Positions 38,835 to 49,849 of a DNA stretch of 64,000 nucleotides are shown in pieces; position 1 is the stretch's first letter, and every line of letters starts with the position of its first letter. The position numbers and the translations under genes were made by a program. This stretch comes from Shigella phage Sf25, in the sequence record MF327009; one strand, given 5' to 3'. The notes below the pieces were generated by a model. That model was not told the DNA's origin. It saw nothing but the letters and a program-made list of their open reading frames with translations, and made no database searches.

Positions 38835-39584
38835 ATGGCAAACATTATTCGTTGTAAATTACCAGATGGTGTTCATCGTTTTAAACCATTTACGGTAGAA
38901 GATTATCGAGATTTTTTGTTAGTTCGAAACGATATAGAACATCGGTCACCACAAGAACAAAAAGAAATAATTACTGATTTAATTGATGATTATTTTGGAG
39001 ACTATCCGAAGACTTGGCAACCATTTATATTTTTGCAGGTATTTGTAGGGTCAATAGGTAAAACTAAAGTACCGGTCACATTTGTATGTCCAAAATGTAA
39101 AAAAGAAAAGACAGTTCCATTTGAAATATATCAAAAAGAATTAAAGGAACCTGTTTTTGATGTAGCTAATGTTAAAATTAAATTAAAGTTTCCTTCTGAG
39201 TTTTATGAAAATAAAGCAAAGATGATTACTGAAAATATTCATTCTGTTCAAGTAGATGAAATATGGTATGATTGGAAGGAAATTAGCGAGTCCAGTCAAA
39301 TAGAACTAGTTGACGCCATCGAGATAGAAACATTAGAAAAAATTCTCGATGCAATGAATCCTATTAATTTAACTCTACATATGTCATGCTGTAATAAGTA
39401 CATTAAAAAATACACTGATATAGTAGACGTGTTTAAGCTATTAGTTAACCCAGATGAGATATTTACTTTTTATCAAATTAATCACACACTCGTAAAAAGT
39501 AATTATAGCTTAAATTCAATAATGAAAATGATTCCTGCTGAGCGCGGATTCGTATTAAAACTGATTGAGAAGGATAAACAATAA
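38835..39584 (+). CDS. 51: gp51 baseplate hub assembly catalyst
   Basis: 249 aa; divergent from gene 26 as in T4. Confidence 0.85.
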   Translation: MANIIRCKLPDGVHRFKPFTVEDYRDFLLVRNDIEHRSPQEQKEIITDLIDDYFGDYPKTWQPFIFLQVFVGSIGKTKVPVTFVCPKCKKEKTVPFEIYQKELKEPVFDVANVKIKLKFPSEFYENKAKMITENIHSVQVDEIWYDWKEISESSQIELVDAIEIETLEKILDAMNPINLTLHMSCCNKYIKKYTDIVDVFKLLVNPDEIFTFYQINHTLVKSNYSLNSIMKMIPAERGFVLKLIEKDKQ

Positions 39585-40759
39585 TGAGTATGTTGCAACG
39601 CCCCGGATATCCAAATCTCAGCGTTAAATTATTTGATAGCTACGACGCTTGGAGTAATAATAGATTTGTTGAATTAGCTGCTACTATTACCACATTAACT
39701 ATGCGGGATTCTCTTTATGGACGAAATGAAGGAATGCTGCAGTTTTATGATTCTAAAAACATCCATACAAAAATGGATGGAAATGAAATAATTCAGATTT
39801 CTGTAGCTAATGCAAATGATATTAATAATGTTAAAACACGAATTTATGGATGTAAGCATTTTTCTGTGTCCGTAGATTCAAAAGGTGATAACATCATTGC
39901 TATTGAATTGGGAACTATTCATTCTATAGAAAATCTTAAATTTGGTAGACCATTTTTCCCTGATGCAGGTGAATCTATAAAAGAAATGCTTGGTGTCATT
40001 TATCAAGATCGCACATTATTAACTCCAGCAATAAATGCTATAAATGCTTATGTTCCTGATATTCCATGGACTAGCACATTTGAAAACTATTTGTCATATG
40101 TAAGAGAAGTTGCTCTAGCTGTAGGAAGCGACAAATTTGTATTTGTATGGCAAGACATCATGGGAGTTAACATGATGGACTATGATATGATGATAAATCA
40201 AGAACCATATCCAATGATTGTCGGTGAGCCATCTTTAATAGGTCAATTTGTCCAAGAATTAAAATATCCATTAGCATATGATTTCGTTTGGTTGACTAAA
40301 TCGAATCCTCACAAACGTGACCCAATGAAAAATGCTACTATCTATGCTCATTCATTTTTAGATTCTTCATTGCCAATGATTACTACGGGAAAGGGCGAAA
40401 ACTCTATTGTAGTGTCAAGGTCAGGTGCTTATTCTGAAATGACTTATAGGAATGGTTATGAAGAAGCTATTCGTCTTCAAACTATGGCGCAATACGATGG
40501 CTATGCTAAATGTTCTACTGTCGGTAATTTTAACTTGACTCCTGGCGTTAAAATTATTTTTAATGATAGTAAAAACCAATTTAAAACAGAATTTTACGTT
40601 GATGAAGTCATCCATGAATTATCCAATAATAATTCAGTAACTCATCTATATATGTTCACTAATGCAACGAAACTGGAAACAATAGACCCAGTTAAGGTTA
40701 AAAATGAATTTAAATCTGATACTACCACTGAAGAAAGTAGTTCTTCCAATAAGCAATAA
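39584..40759 (+). CDS. 27: gp27 baseplate hub subunit
   Basis: 391 aa; T4 length and synteny. Confidence 0.9.
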   Translation: MSMLQRPGYPNLSVKLFDSYDAWSNNRFVELAATITTLTMRDSLYGRNEGMLQFYDSKNIHTKMDGNEIIQISVANANDINNVKTRIYGCKHFSVSVDSKGDNIIAIELGTIHSIENLKFGRPFFPDAGESIKEMLGVIYQDRTLLTPAINAINAYVPDIPWTSTFENYLSYVREVALAVGSDKFVFVWQDIMGVNMMDYDMMINQEPYPMIVGEPSLIGQFVQELKYPLAYDFVWLTKSNPHKRDPMKNATIYAHSFLDSSLPMITTGKGENSIVVSRSGAYSEMTYRNGYEEAIRLQTMAQYDGYAKCSTVGNFNLTPGVKIIFNDSKNQFKTEFYVDEVIHELSNNNSVTHLYMFTNATKLETIDPVKVKNEFKSDTTTEESSSSNKQ

Positions 40760-41237
40760 AGAAGTTTCTATTCCTAAAATGGGTCTTAAACACTATAACA
40801 TTTTAAAAGATGTTAAAGGTCCTGATGAAAATTTAAAACTTCTTATTGATTCTATTTGTCCGAATTTATCACCGGCAGAAGTTGATTTCGTTTCTATTCA
40901 TCTATTGGAATTTAATGGAAAGATTAAATCTCGTAAAGAAATAGATGGTTATACTTATGACATTAATGATGTTTATGTATGCCAAAGATTGGAATTTCAA
41001 TACCAAGGAAATACATTTTATTTTAGACCTCCTGGAAAATTTGAACAATTTTTAACTGTAAGCGATATGTTATCCAAATGCTTGCTTAAGGTCAATGATG
41101 AAGTTAAAGAAATTAATTTTCTTGAGATGCCAGCATTCGTTTTAAAATGGGCAAATGATATTTTTACAACTTTAGCAATTCCTGGCCCTAATGGTCCAAT
41201 AACCGGAATTGGCAATATTATTGGATTATTTGAATGA
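40704..41237 (+). CDS. 28: gp28 baseplate hub distal subunit
   Basis: 177 aa; T4 length and synteny. Confidence 0.85.
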   Translation: MNLNLILPLKKVVLPISNKEVSIPKMGLKHYNILKDVKGPDENLKLLIDSICPNLSPAEVDFVSIHLLEFNGKIKSRKEIDGYTYDINDVYVCQRLEFQYQGNTFYFRPPGKFEQFLTVSDMLSKCLLKVNDEVKEINFLEMPAFVLKWANDIFTTLAIPGPNGPITGIGNIIGLFE

Positions 41238-43006
41238 AAAAGCCACAAGAAATGCAAACGATGCGTAGAAAAGTTATTTCAGATAATAAACCAACACAGG
41301 AAGCGGCTAAATCCGCTTCCAACACTTTATCTGGACTTAACGATATATCTACGAAATTGGATGATGCTCAAGCTGCTTCTGAATTAATAGCTCAAACTGT
41401 CGAAGAAAAATCGAATGAAATAGTTGGAGCAATTGACAACGTAGAAAGCGCAGTGAGTGATACTACCGCAGGTTCTGAGTTAATTGCCGAAACTGTCGAA
41501 ATTGGCAACAATATTAATAAAGAAATCGGTGAATCACTCGGAAGTAAATTAGATAAATTAACAAGTTTACTAGAGCAAAAAATTCAGACAGCCGGAATTC
41601 AACAAACAGGAACTAGTTTAGCCACGGTTGAAAGCGCTATTCCTGTTAAAGTTGTTGAGGACGATACAGCTGAATCCGTTGGTCCTTTATTACCGGCTCC
41701 TGAAGCAGTTAATAATGATCCTGATGCTGATTTTTTCCCTACTCCTCAGCCAGTTGAACCTAAACAAGAATCGCCAGAAGAAAAACAGAAAAAAGACGCA
41801 TTTAATTTAAAATTATCTCAAGCTTTAGATAAATTAACAAAGACTGTTGATTTTGGATTTAAGAAATCCATTTCAATTACTGATAAAATATCAAGCATGT
41901 TATTTAAGTACACCATCAGTGCTGCTATTGAAGCTGCTAAAATGACTGCAATGATATTGGCTGTTGTTGTTGGAATAGACCTGTTGATGGTTCATTTTAA
42001 ATACTGGTCAGATAAATTTTCAAAAGCCTGGGATTTATTTAGTACTGATTTTACTAAATTCTCTAGCGAAACCGGAACATGGGGTCCTTTATTACAGAGC
42101 ATCTTTGATTCTATTGATAAAATTAAACAACTTTGGGAAGCGGGAGATTGGGGTGGATTGACAGCAGCTATCATAGAAGGACTCGGAAGTGTTCTTTTTA
42201 ATTTAGGAGAGCTTATTCAATTAGGTATGGCTAAATTATCTGCTGCAATTCTTCGAGTCATTCCTGGCATGAAAGACACTGCTGATGAAGTAGAAGGAAG
42301 AGCACTGGAAAATTTCCAAAATACTACTGGAGCATCTCTCAATAAAGAAGACCAGGAAAAAGTTGCAAATTATCAGTACAAAAGAATGAATGGAGACCTT
42401 GGCCCGATAGCAAAAGGATTAGATAAAATTGCTAATTGGAAAACTCGTGCATCTAATTGGATTCGTGGAGTTGATAATAAAGAAGCACTAACAACTGATG
42501 AAGAGAGAGCAGAGGAAGAAGAAAAATTAAAGCAGCTTTCTCCAGAGGAAGCTAAAATTGCTTTAATGAAAGCTAATGAAGCTCGTGCTGCTATGAATCG
42601 TTTTGAAAAATATGCCGATTCAGCTGATATGAGTAAAGACTCAACGGTTAAATCAGTTGAATCTGCCTATGAAGACCTTAAAAAACGGATGGATGACCCG
42701 GATTTAAATAATTCACCGGCGGTTAAAAAAGAACTTGCTGCTAGATTTTCTAAAATTGATGCTACTTATCAAGAGCTCAAGAAGAATCAGCCTAATGCCA
42801 AACCTGAAACTTCTGCTAAATCGCCAGAAGCAAAACAAGTCCAGGTAATAGAAAAGAACAAAGCACAGCAAGCTCCTGTTCAACAAGCATCTCCTTCAAT
42901 CAACAATACTAATAATGTTATTAAGAAAAATACTGTCGTTCATAATATGACACCTGTCACAAGCACAACTGCTCCTGGTGTATTTGATGCGACTGGGGTT
43001 AATTAA
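41234..43006 (+). CDS. 29: gp29 baseplate hub / tail length determinator
   Basis: 590 aa; T4 length and synteny. Confidence 0.9.
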   Translation: MKKPQEMQTMRRKVISDNKPTQEAAKSASNTLSGLNDISTKLDDAQAASELIAQTVEEKSNEIVGAIDNVESAVSDTTAGSELIAETVEIGNNINKEIGESLGSKLDKLTSLLEQKIQTAGIQQTGTSLATVESAIPVKVVEDDTAESVGPLLPAPEAVNNDPDADFFPTPQPVEPKQESPEEKQKKDAFNLKLSQALDKLTKTVDFGFKKSISITDKISSMLFKYTISAAIEAAKMTAMILAVVVGIDLLMVHFKYWSDKFSKAWDLFSTDFTKFSSETGTWGPLLQSIFDSIDKIKQLWEAGDWGGLTAAIIEGLGSVLFNLGELIQLGMAKLSAAILRVIPGMKDTADEVEGRALENFQNTTGASLNKEDQEKVANYQYKRMNGDLGPIAKGLDKIANWKTRASNWIRGVDNKEALTTDEERAEEEEKLKQLSPEEAKIALMKANEARAAMNRFEKYADSADMSKDSTVKSVESAYEDLKKRMDDPDLNNSPAVKKELAARFSKIDATYQELKKNQPNAKPETSAKSPEAKQVQVIEKNKAQQAPVQQASPSINNTNNVIKKNTVVHNMTPVTSTTAPGVFDATGVN

Positions 43007-43014
43007 GGAATAAT

Positions 43015-44109
43015 ATGGCAATTGTTAAAGAAATAACTGCTGATTTAATTAAAAAGTCCGGTGAGAAAATTTCAGCCGGACAGAGTACTAAATCAGAAGT
43101 AGGAACTAAAACATACACAGCCCAGTTTCCAACTGGGCGTGCTAGTGGTAATGACACTACAGGGGACTTCCAGGTAACAGATCTATATAAGAATGGATTA
43201 TTATTTACTGCATACAATATGTCATCTAGGGATTCTGGAAGTCTTAGATCGATGAGATCTAACTACTCTTCTTCATCTTCGAGTATTTTACGTACAGCCA
43301 GAAACACTATCAGTAATACAGTATCAAAACTGTCAAATGGATTAATATCAGATAATAATTCAGGAACAATAAGTAAAGCCCCTGTTGCAAATATTCTTTT
43401 ACCAAGATCTAAATCCGATGTTGATACATCATCACATAGATTTAATGATGTTCAAGAAAGTCTTATCAGCAGAGGAGGAGGTACTGCTACTGGTGTGCTA
43501 AGTAATATTGCTTCAACTGCAGTATTTGGGGCACTGGAAAGTATAACACAAGGTATAATGGCTGATAATAATGAACAGATTTATACGACAGCCAGAAGTA
43601 TGTATGGTGGTGCTGAAAATAGAACTAAAGTGTTTACTTGGGATTTGACTCCACGTTCAACAGAAGATTTAATGGCTATTATTAATATCTATCAATATTT
43701 TAACTATTTTTCTTATGGTGAAACTGGTAAATCTCAATATGCTGCTGAAATAAAGGGGTATTTAGATGATTGGTATCGTTCTACGTTAATTGAACCTTTA
43801 TCTCCGGAAGACGCAGCTAAAAATAAAACACTATTTGAGAAAATGACATCGAGTTTAACTAACGTTCTAGTGGTTTCAAACCCGACAATTTGGATGGTGA
43901 AAAACTTTGGTGCAACATCTAAGTTTGATGGAAAAACGGAAATATTCGGTCCATGTCAAATCCAGAGTATCAGATTTGATAAAACACCTAATGGTAACTT
44001 TAACGGATTAGCTATTGCTCCAAACCTCCCTAGTACATTTACTCTTGAGATTACTATGAGAGAAATTATCACGTTAAACCGTGCTTCTTTATATGCGGGG
44101 ACTTTTTAA
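43015..44109 (+). CDS. 48: gp48 baseplate tail tube cap
   Basis: 364 aa; T4 length and synteny. Confidence 0.9.
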   Translation: MAIVKEITADLIKKSGEKISAGQSTKSEVGTKTYTAQFPTGRASGNDTTGDFQVTDLYKNGLLFTAYNMSSRDSGSLRSMRSNYSSSSSSILRTARNTISNTVSKLSNGLISDNNSGTISKAPVANILLPRSKSDVDTSSHRFNDVQESLISRGGGTATGVLSNIASTAVFGALESITQGIMADNNEQIYTTARSMYGGAENRTKVFTWDLTPRSTEDLMAIINIYQYFNYFSYGETGKSQYAAEIKGYLDDWYRSTLIEPLSPEDAAKNKTLFEKMTSSLTNVLVVSNPTIWMVKNFGATSKFDGKTEIFGPCQIQSIRFDKTPNGNFNGLAIAPNLPSTFTLEITMREIITLNRASLYAGTF

Positions 44110-45074
44110 TGTATTCTTTAGAGGAATTTAATAATCAAGCAATAAACGCAGATTTCCAACGTAATAATATGTTTAGCTGCGTTTTTGCGACAACTCCATC
44201 AACTAAAAGCTCTTCGTTGATAAGTTCAATTAGCAACTTTTCTTATAATAACTTGGGCCTAAATTCAGATTGGTTAGGATTGACTCAAGGTGATATTAAT
44301 CAGGGAATTACCACGCTAATTACTGCTGGCACACAAAAACTGATAAGAAAATCAGGGGTTAGTAAATATCTTATTGGTGCCATGAGTCAACGTACAGTTC
44401 AAAGTTTATTAGGCTCATTTACAGTTGGTACATATTTAATTGACTTCTTTAACATGGCATATAACTCATCTGGATTGATGATATACTCTGTAAAAATGCC
44501 AGAGAATAGATTATCCTATGAAACTGACTGGAACTATAATTCTCCTAATATTCGTATAACTGGGAGAGAATTAGACCCTTTGGTTATTTCATTTAGAATG
44601 GATTCAGAAGCTTGTAACTATCGTGCAATGCAAGACTGGGTTAACTCCGTTCAAGACCCAGTAACTGGATTACGCGCTTTGCCACAAGATGTCGAGGCAG
44701 ATATTCAGGTTAATCTTCATGCTCGTAATGGATTACCTCATACTGCGGTGATGTTCACCGGATGCATTCCAGTGTCAGTGAGCGCTCCTGAGTTATCATA
44801 TGATGGAGATAACCAAATAACTACATTTGATGTTACTTTTGCGTATAGAGTCATGCAGGCTGGGTCGGTTGATAGACAAGCTGCGCTTGAGTGGCTTGAA
44901 TCTGCTGCTATAAATGGCATTCAAAGCGTTCTCGGAAATAGTGGAGGTGTTACTGGACTATCTAATTCGCTTTCACGACTCAGTAGATTAGGGGGAACTG
45001 CAGGAAGCATTTCAAACATTAATACTATGACAGGAATTGTCAATTCGCAAAGTAAAATATTAGGAGCAATATAA
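44109..45074 (+). CDS. 54: gp54 baseplate tail tube initiator
   Basis: 321 aa; T4 length and synteny. Confidence 0.9.
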   Translation: MYSLEEFNNQAINADFQRNNMFSCVFATTPSTKSSSLISSISNFSYNNLGLNSDWLGLTQGDINQGITTLITAGTQKLIRKSGVSKYLIGAMSQRTVQSLLGSFTVGTYLIDFFNMAYNSSGLMIYSVKMPENRLSYETDWNYNSPNIRITGRELDPLVISFRMDSEACNYRAMQDWVNSVQDPVTGLRALPQDVEADIQVNLHARNGLPHTAVMFTGCIPVSVSAPELSYDGDNQITTFDVTFAYRVMQAGSVDRQAALEWLESAAINGIQSVLGNSGGVTGLSNSLSRLSRLGGTAGSISNINTMTGIVNSQSKILGAI

Positions 45075-45078
45075 CAAT

Positions 45079-45108
45079 GGGGACCGAAAGGTCCCCATAT
45101 TTTTATTT
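45079..45108. terminator. hairpin GGGGACC-GAAA-GGTCCCC plus T-run after gene 54
   Basis: stem-loop with GAAA loop followed by TTTTTATTT. Confidence 0.6.
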
Positions 45109-45393
45109 ACGGAATGAAATAAAAGCAGCAACTGAAGCAACTAAACTGTCTTCAATATAAACTTCAATTTTTACCGGAGCTTCTGACTCAAATTTACCTG
45201 TTACTACACCTTGGAAAATGCTTTCAGTCTGCTGTGGCTTTGAAAAATTTTCAGAAGGAAAAATTCCGAACTTTTTATCTGTTCCAAAAATTTTGATAAA
45301 TTCATCATAAACTGCTTCATTAAAAGCGTTATCAGCAGGAATAACGCCTTCAACTACAAGTTCTTGACCTAAAAAGCGTAAAGAAGATTTCAT
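45103..45393 (-). CDS. hypothetical protein downstream of an early promoter
   Basis: 96-aa ORF, start 45393, preceded by the conserved early promoter. Confidence 0.55.
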   Translation of the reverse strand: MKSSLRFLGQELVVEGVIPADNAFNEAVYDEFIKIFGTDKKFGIFPSENFSKPQQTESIFQGVVTGKFESEAPVKIEVYIEDSLVASVAAFISFRK

Positions 45394-45424
45394 TTTGTGT
45401 TCCTCATGTTATGTCAGTAAGATT

Positions 45425-45453
45425 ACTATAACACAACACGAGGGACTTGTAAA
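45425..45453 (-). promoter_or_regulatory. sigma70-like early promoter (-35 TTTACA, 17-nt spacer, extended -10 TGtTATAGT)
   Basis: reverse complement of 45401-45454 reads GTTTACA...TGTTATAGT; the 54-bp element is identical to 61491-61544. Confidence 0.65.
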
Positions 45454-47511
45454 CTACATCTTGAACTTTTTAGACATTCCGTTGATGTTAACCAAAGAAG
45501 CCAAGATTTGAGAAACTTCGTTTTCCTCTTCTTTTGATTCTTCTACGAGGAATTGATTAAACCCAGCCATTGGACGAACTTCGCCAGTTTCCATTAGATG
45601 ATCGCCATCATATACCGATTCTTCTAATTGTTCAGAAGGAGGAACGATTGTGCCTTCGATTAGATACTTGTTATAAGCAGTTTCTTTCATCATGTACGTG
45701 CTTACTTTATTAATCTTCAACAAAATTCCACGCGGTAGAATAACTTCAGCTTCTGATGGAAATCCTGATAAATGACCTGGAACGATAACTTTGATTCGCT
45801 CAGCTCCTTTAATTACCATACCCACGCTAGTTTCAGCATCTTCATTAGCATATGTAGAATGACTACCCATATGCATCAAATCTTCTGCATCAATGGAACC
45901 TTCTCCTTCACCAGAAAATACTGCGCCGGAATCATCTAGAGCCATATAGTTTTTACCATGCTCACCGAAGATATTTGGTTTAAGCGATGTTGATACGAAG
46001 TTCTTGAAATAGAACATTTTATTTTCAATGTTATGACGCAAAGTTTTAAAGGTAACTTCTTGCCCACGATAAAGAGTAGTTCCTGGAGGAAGAACTGAAC
46101 CTTTAGCAAATGCAGAATCCAACGTCTCGATGTGTTTAATAGCTCGTTCCATATATTCTTCACGGGTAGAATCAGGTTTACCTAAAAGGAACGAGTTCAT
46201 TTCAACATATGAATCTGCACAATAATCTTCAATTACATCAGACTCAGCCTGAGTTAATCCTTTTGGAGTTACTTCAGTGCTTGCGTATTCATATGCCTGA
46301 GCGGCAGATTCATTAATCAATTTATAAATGCCATTCATGACAAATTGAATAATAGCTGTCTTTTCATCTGGTGTAGCTTTAGAACCTTTAACTAAATCAT
46401 TGATAATTTTCTTAATAACATCAAAGCTATTAGAAATATTAATGTCAGCAAGATCGCTTAAAATTTTATCAGTTTTATAATCAAAGAATTCTTTATTCTT
46501 TAAATATTCTTGAGAACCTTGATATGTTATATCGCTCTGCAACTTGATAGATGGATCACGTAAACGTGCATGGGCTAATGCAATATGATTTCGGAAACTT
46601 TCTAGTTCATAATCGTTAGATTTAAAACGAGAAGCACTTCTCATACCACCGATAGCTCCTTTGCTAAAGTTTGAACCAATCTGAATAACGCCAGAGTTCA
46701 TCGGACCTTCTGCTTTATATACCGGAACTTTAGATTCAAACTCTTGATATTTCTTAGCAGCGAAGCTATCACCCTGAAGTGAAGCATCAACAGTAGAATA
46801 TTGAGCTTGTGCTGCTAATCGACGACTAATTTTAGTTTTCTGAATAACAGCTTGATCCGTGCGCTTATCATTTTCTAAAGCAATAGAAGCAGCAACAGCG
46901 ACAGCTTTAGGAACAGCATTACCTGTTTTAACGTCTACATAAACATCACCAACCTTTGATTCAACTTTTGTGAATAACTCAGTTGAAATAGGAGGTACAC
47001 CTGGAATGTCTTCTAAATTGGCATTTTTACGGTAAACCATAATATATGCATATTTCTTATCATAGTCCCAGATTTCCTTTAAAAGAACATATCGACCTGC
47101 TCCTTTAGTACGTACTAAACGGTCAGCAATAACTTGCATTTGACGAGCAGCGCCATTTGTTTTACTCTTTAGTACGCGGAATAAGCATGCATCAATTTTA
47201 TACTGTTTCATTGTTTGAAGAGCAGTATCAAAAACAGCATTAATGACGCCAATTGGATTTCCACCCAAGTTTTTAAGCTTGACTAACGATAATTTCTCGT
47301 TGACACCTATCATTACGATATGCATCATTTTGTCGCCTGGCTTAACGTTTTTATTCGTATCACCGCCAGAGGTGTATGTACAAAATCTAAATCCAGGAAG
47401 CACGCTTTCTTCACCGGCTTGAATAGCAAAAATTTGTGGTATTTTATGCTTAGGATTTAAGTTAACAACCGGCGCCGAAGCGCCGTCAAATAATTCTGTA
47501 ATAAGTTCCAT
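45454..47511 (-). CDS. Alt-family ADP-ribosyltransferase paralog
   Basis: 685 aa; N-terminal MELITELFD shared with Alt; ART motifs YRGQ, FVSTSL, SEAEVILPRG. Confidence 0.85.
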   Translation of the reverse strand: MELITELFDGASAPVVNLNPKHKIPQIFAIQAGEESVLPGFRFCTYTSGGDTNKNVKPGDKMMHIVMIGVNEKLSLVKLKNLGGNPIGVINAVFDTALQTMKQYKIDACLFRVLKSKTNGAARQMQVIADRLVRTKGAGRYVLLKEIWDYDKKYAYIMVYRKNANLEDIPGVPPISTELFTKVESKVGDVYVDVKTGNAVPKAVAVAASIALENDKRTDQAVIQKTKISRRLAAQAQYSTVDASLQGDSFAAKKYQEFESKVPVYKAEGPMNSGVIQIGSNFSKGAIGGMRSASRFKSNDYELESFRNHIALAHARLRDPSIKLQSDITYQGSQEYLKNKEFFDYKTDKILSDLADINISNSFDVIKKIINDLVKGSKATPDEKTAIIQFVMNGIYKLINESAAQAYEYASTEVTPKGLTQAESDVIEDYCADSYVEMNSFLLGKPDSTREEYMERAIKHIETLDSAFAKGSVLPPGTTLYRGQEVTFKTLRHNIENKMFYFKNFVSTSLKPNIFGEHGKNYMALDDSGAVFSGEGEGSIDAEDLMHMGSHSTYANEDAETSVGMVIKGAERIKVIVPGHLSGFPSEAEVILPRGILLKINKVSTYMMKETAYNKYLIEGTIVPPSEQLEESVYDGDHLMETGEVRPMAGFNQFLVEESKEEENEVSQILASLVNINGMSKKFKM

Positions 47512-47514
47512 GAT

Positions 47515-49608
47515 TTATCCTTGAACGAACTTGTAAGGCATGTTTGTAATATCTATGCAAGACGCAATAATTCCAAGAGATGATTCTACTTTCTGTTTAA
47601 CGTTTGATGAAACAAATGATGCAAAGTCAACTCTGTCTTCTATTTCAATATCACCTGTCATTGCAACTACTTCGCCGGTTTCCATTAAATGGTCTCCATC
47701 ATAGATTACCGATTCGGTGAGCTCTTCCGTGGTCATAACTTCAGCTTGAATGAGTTTTGTATTATTAGACGTGGTTCCGTCATTATTAGAAGCATCAGTT
47801 ATTTTATTAACTTTGACCATCAATCCGCGCGGTAGAATAACTTCAGCTTCTGTTGCTATTCCGAGACTTCCTGGATATACAACATTAACTTTATGAGCTC
47901 CATCAATTGCCCATCCTATTTGAACTTTAACGTATTCAGGATTTTCTTTATACGCTCTTATTTCGTTTGGATTAATAGTTATTCCTTCTTCATTTTTATC
48001 AACTGTTAATTCATTGCGAGCTTCTGGTTCTAAAAGACCAATACCAGCATGTGTAATTCCAAAACGTCCAAAAATGATAGGAGTTAAAGAAGTAGATACA
48101 AAATTTCTGAAATAGAACACTTTATTTTTAACTAGTGCTTCGTATATAGGAGCAGTCATACTTTGAGCACGATAAACTGTGATGCCTTCCGGTATGCGGT
48201 CACCATTTTCAAAAGCTGAATCTAAGTTATTTATAGCAGATTCAATTTCTTTTTCACTCATTACATCATATCGTTCTGGATTGTAACGACCTAAAAGAAG
48301 ATTATTGATGTCAGTATATCCTGAACCGCAATATTCTCTAATGCCACGCTTTTGTGATGGAGTATATTTAGAACCATCGCGGGCAATAGTAATATCAATC
48401 ATTGGACCAGCACCAATTCCAGAAAAACTGTAAATCATTCGTTTGAGGAATTTAGTTTTTGCTGCGTTCCAGGAATTTTTAGTTATTTCTTCCCAGACTT
48501 CATCTGGTTGTCCTTTACGATTTTTATTATGATTAGCAAGCCATTTATCTTTATAATCTTCAAAGAATTGATTTACAGCTGCTGCGTATTTCTCTAAACA
48601 TTTTATTGAAGTAGTTGGTTCATTTTTAATTGCATTAAAAATTACTTCTTTAATTTTTTCTGAAACTTCACCGACTTGACTCATTGGAAAGAATTTATAA
48701 TCATAGTGAAGTTCATCTGCCGTTCCTTCGGCAATAATTTTTGCTGCCTTAGTTTTAGAAGCTAATGAATTAATTCCAAGCTTCATTTCTTCTGCTTCGG
48801 GAATTAAAGGTGCAGTAGTTGGTTTATTAAAATTAGCTGCTGTAGATTCATACTTCTGGAATAATTCACTTTCAAATCTAGAAGATTCCAATGACTGACT
48901 TTGTGCAATTGCTCTACGGGAAATTTTAACTTTAACGATTACAGCTTGGTCAGAACGTTTATCGTTTTCTTGTGCAATAGATGCTGCAATTGCCTCATTT
49001 TTAGTTACTTGAGCTCCAGTATCTTTATTGATATAAACATCGCCAACTTTCGATTCAACTTTAGTAAAGAGCTCGGTACTAATTTCCGGAACTCCTGGAA
49101 TGTCTTCTAGCGATACATTTTTGCGATGTATAAGAATATATGCATACTTTTTATCATAATCCCAGAGTTCCTTAAGAAGGACGTATCTGCCACCTGAACG
49201 ACTACGGATAAGTCTATCAGCAATAACTTGAATTTGTCGAGCTTGACCAGCGGTTTTAGACTTAAGAATACGAAGCATACAAGCATCAATTTTATACTGA
49301 CGCATTGTTTGCATTGCAACAGTAAAAACTGAATTGATATAATTAATTGGGCTTGGACCAAGACCTTTTAATTTAGCAATTGAACCTTTAGCAGTTAATG
49401 TAAAAGGAACAATATGCATCATTTTATCGCCCATTTTTAAATCGCGATTAGTATCACCTCCAGATGTATAGGTACATAAACGAAAGCCTGGCTGTTCAAT
49501 TGCATCATCAACGTGAACTGAAAAAATTTGCGGTATTTTCTTCTTTGGATTTAAGTTTGTAATCGGAAGAGTAGTATCTTCGTCAAATAATTCTGTAATG
49601 AGTTCCAT
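47515..49608 (-). CDS. alt: Alt ADP-ribosyltransferase (packaged internal head protein)
   Basis: 697 aa from second Met; motifs YRAQ, FVSTSL, TEAEVILPRG; adjacent to gene 30. Confidence 0.85.
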   Translation of the reverse strand: MELITELFDEDTTLPITNLNPKKKIPQIFSVHVDDAIEQPGFRLCTYTSGGDTNRDLKMGDKMMHIVPFTLTAKGSIAKLKGLGPSPINYINSVFTVAMQTMRQYKIDACMLRILKSKTAGQARQIQVIADRLIRSRSGGRYVLLKELWDYDKKYAYILIHRKNVSLEDIPGVPEISTELFTKVESKVGDVYINKDTGAQVTKNEAIAASIAQENDKRSDQAVIVKVKISRRAIAQSQSLESSRFESELFQKYESTAANFNKPTTAPLIPEAEEMKLGINSLASKTKAAKIIAEGTADELHYDYKFFPMSQVGEVSEKIKEVIFNAIKNEPTTSIKCLEKYAAAVNQFFEDYKDKWLANHNKNRKGQPDEVWEEITKNSWNAAKTKFLKRMIYSFSGIGAGPMIDITIARDGSKYTPSQKRGIREYCGSGYTDINNLLLGRYNPERYDVMSEKEIESAINNLDSAFENGDRIPEGITVYRAQSMTAPIYEALVKNKVFYFRNFVSTSLTPIIFGRFGITHAGIGLLEPEARNELTVDKNEEGITINPNEIRAYKENPEYVKVQIGWAIDGAHKVNVVYPGSLGIATEAEVILPRGLMVKVNKITDASNNDGTTSNNTKLIQAEVMTTEELTESVIYDGDHLMETGEVVAMTGDIEIEDRVDFASFVSSNVKQKVESSLGIIASCIDITNMPYKFVQG

Positions 49609-49632
49609 CATATCCTCTCTAGTGTTTATTCT

Positions 49633-49640
49633 ATTTATAA
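49633..49640 (-). promoter_or_regulatory. late promoter TATAAATA (minus strand) upstream of alt
   Basis: reverse complement of TATTTATA, about 22 nt upstream of alt ATG. Confidence 0.55.
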
Positions 49641-49660
49641 AATTAAAGGCCCGAAGGCCT

Positions 49661-49849
49661 TTAATAATCTATTGGTAAGAGAGTACGATATATTTCAAAC
49701 TTTGGACCTTTTTCATAGGCATCAAATGTTTCTGTGAATTTATTATAAGCATATGCATCTATAAATTCAATCATAATTTGTGATACAGAAGTAGAAACAT
49801 CTCCACCTTCTTTTTGAGCCACGACAATTGTTTCTAAGTAAGCTTTCAT
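49661..49849 (-). CDS. hypothetical small protein
   Basis: 62-aa ORF between gene 30 and alt, ATGA overlap with gene 30 stop. Confidence 0.5.
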   Translation of the reverse strand: MKAYLETIVVAQKEGGDVSTSVSQIMIEFIDAYAYNKFTETFDAYEKGPKFEIYRTLLPIDY

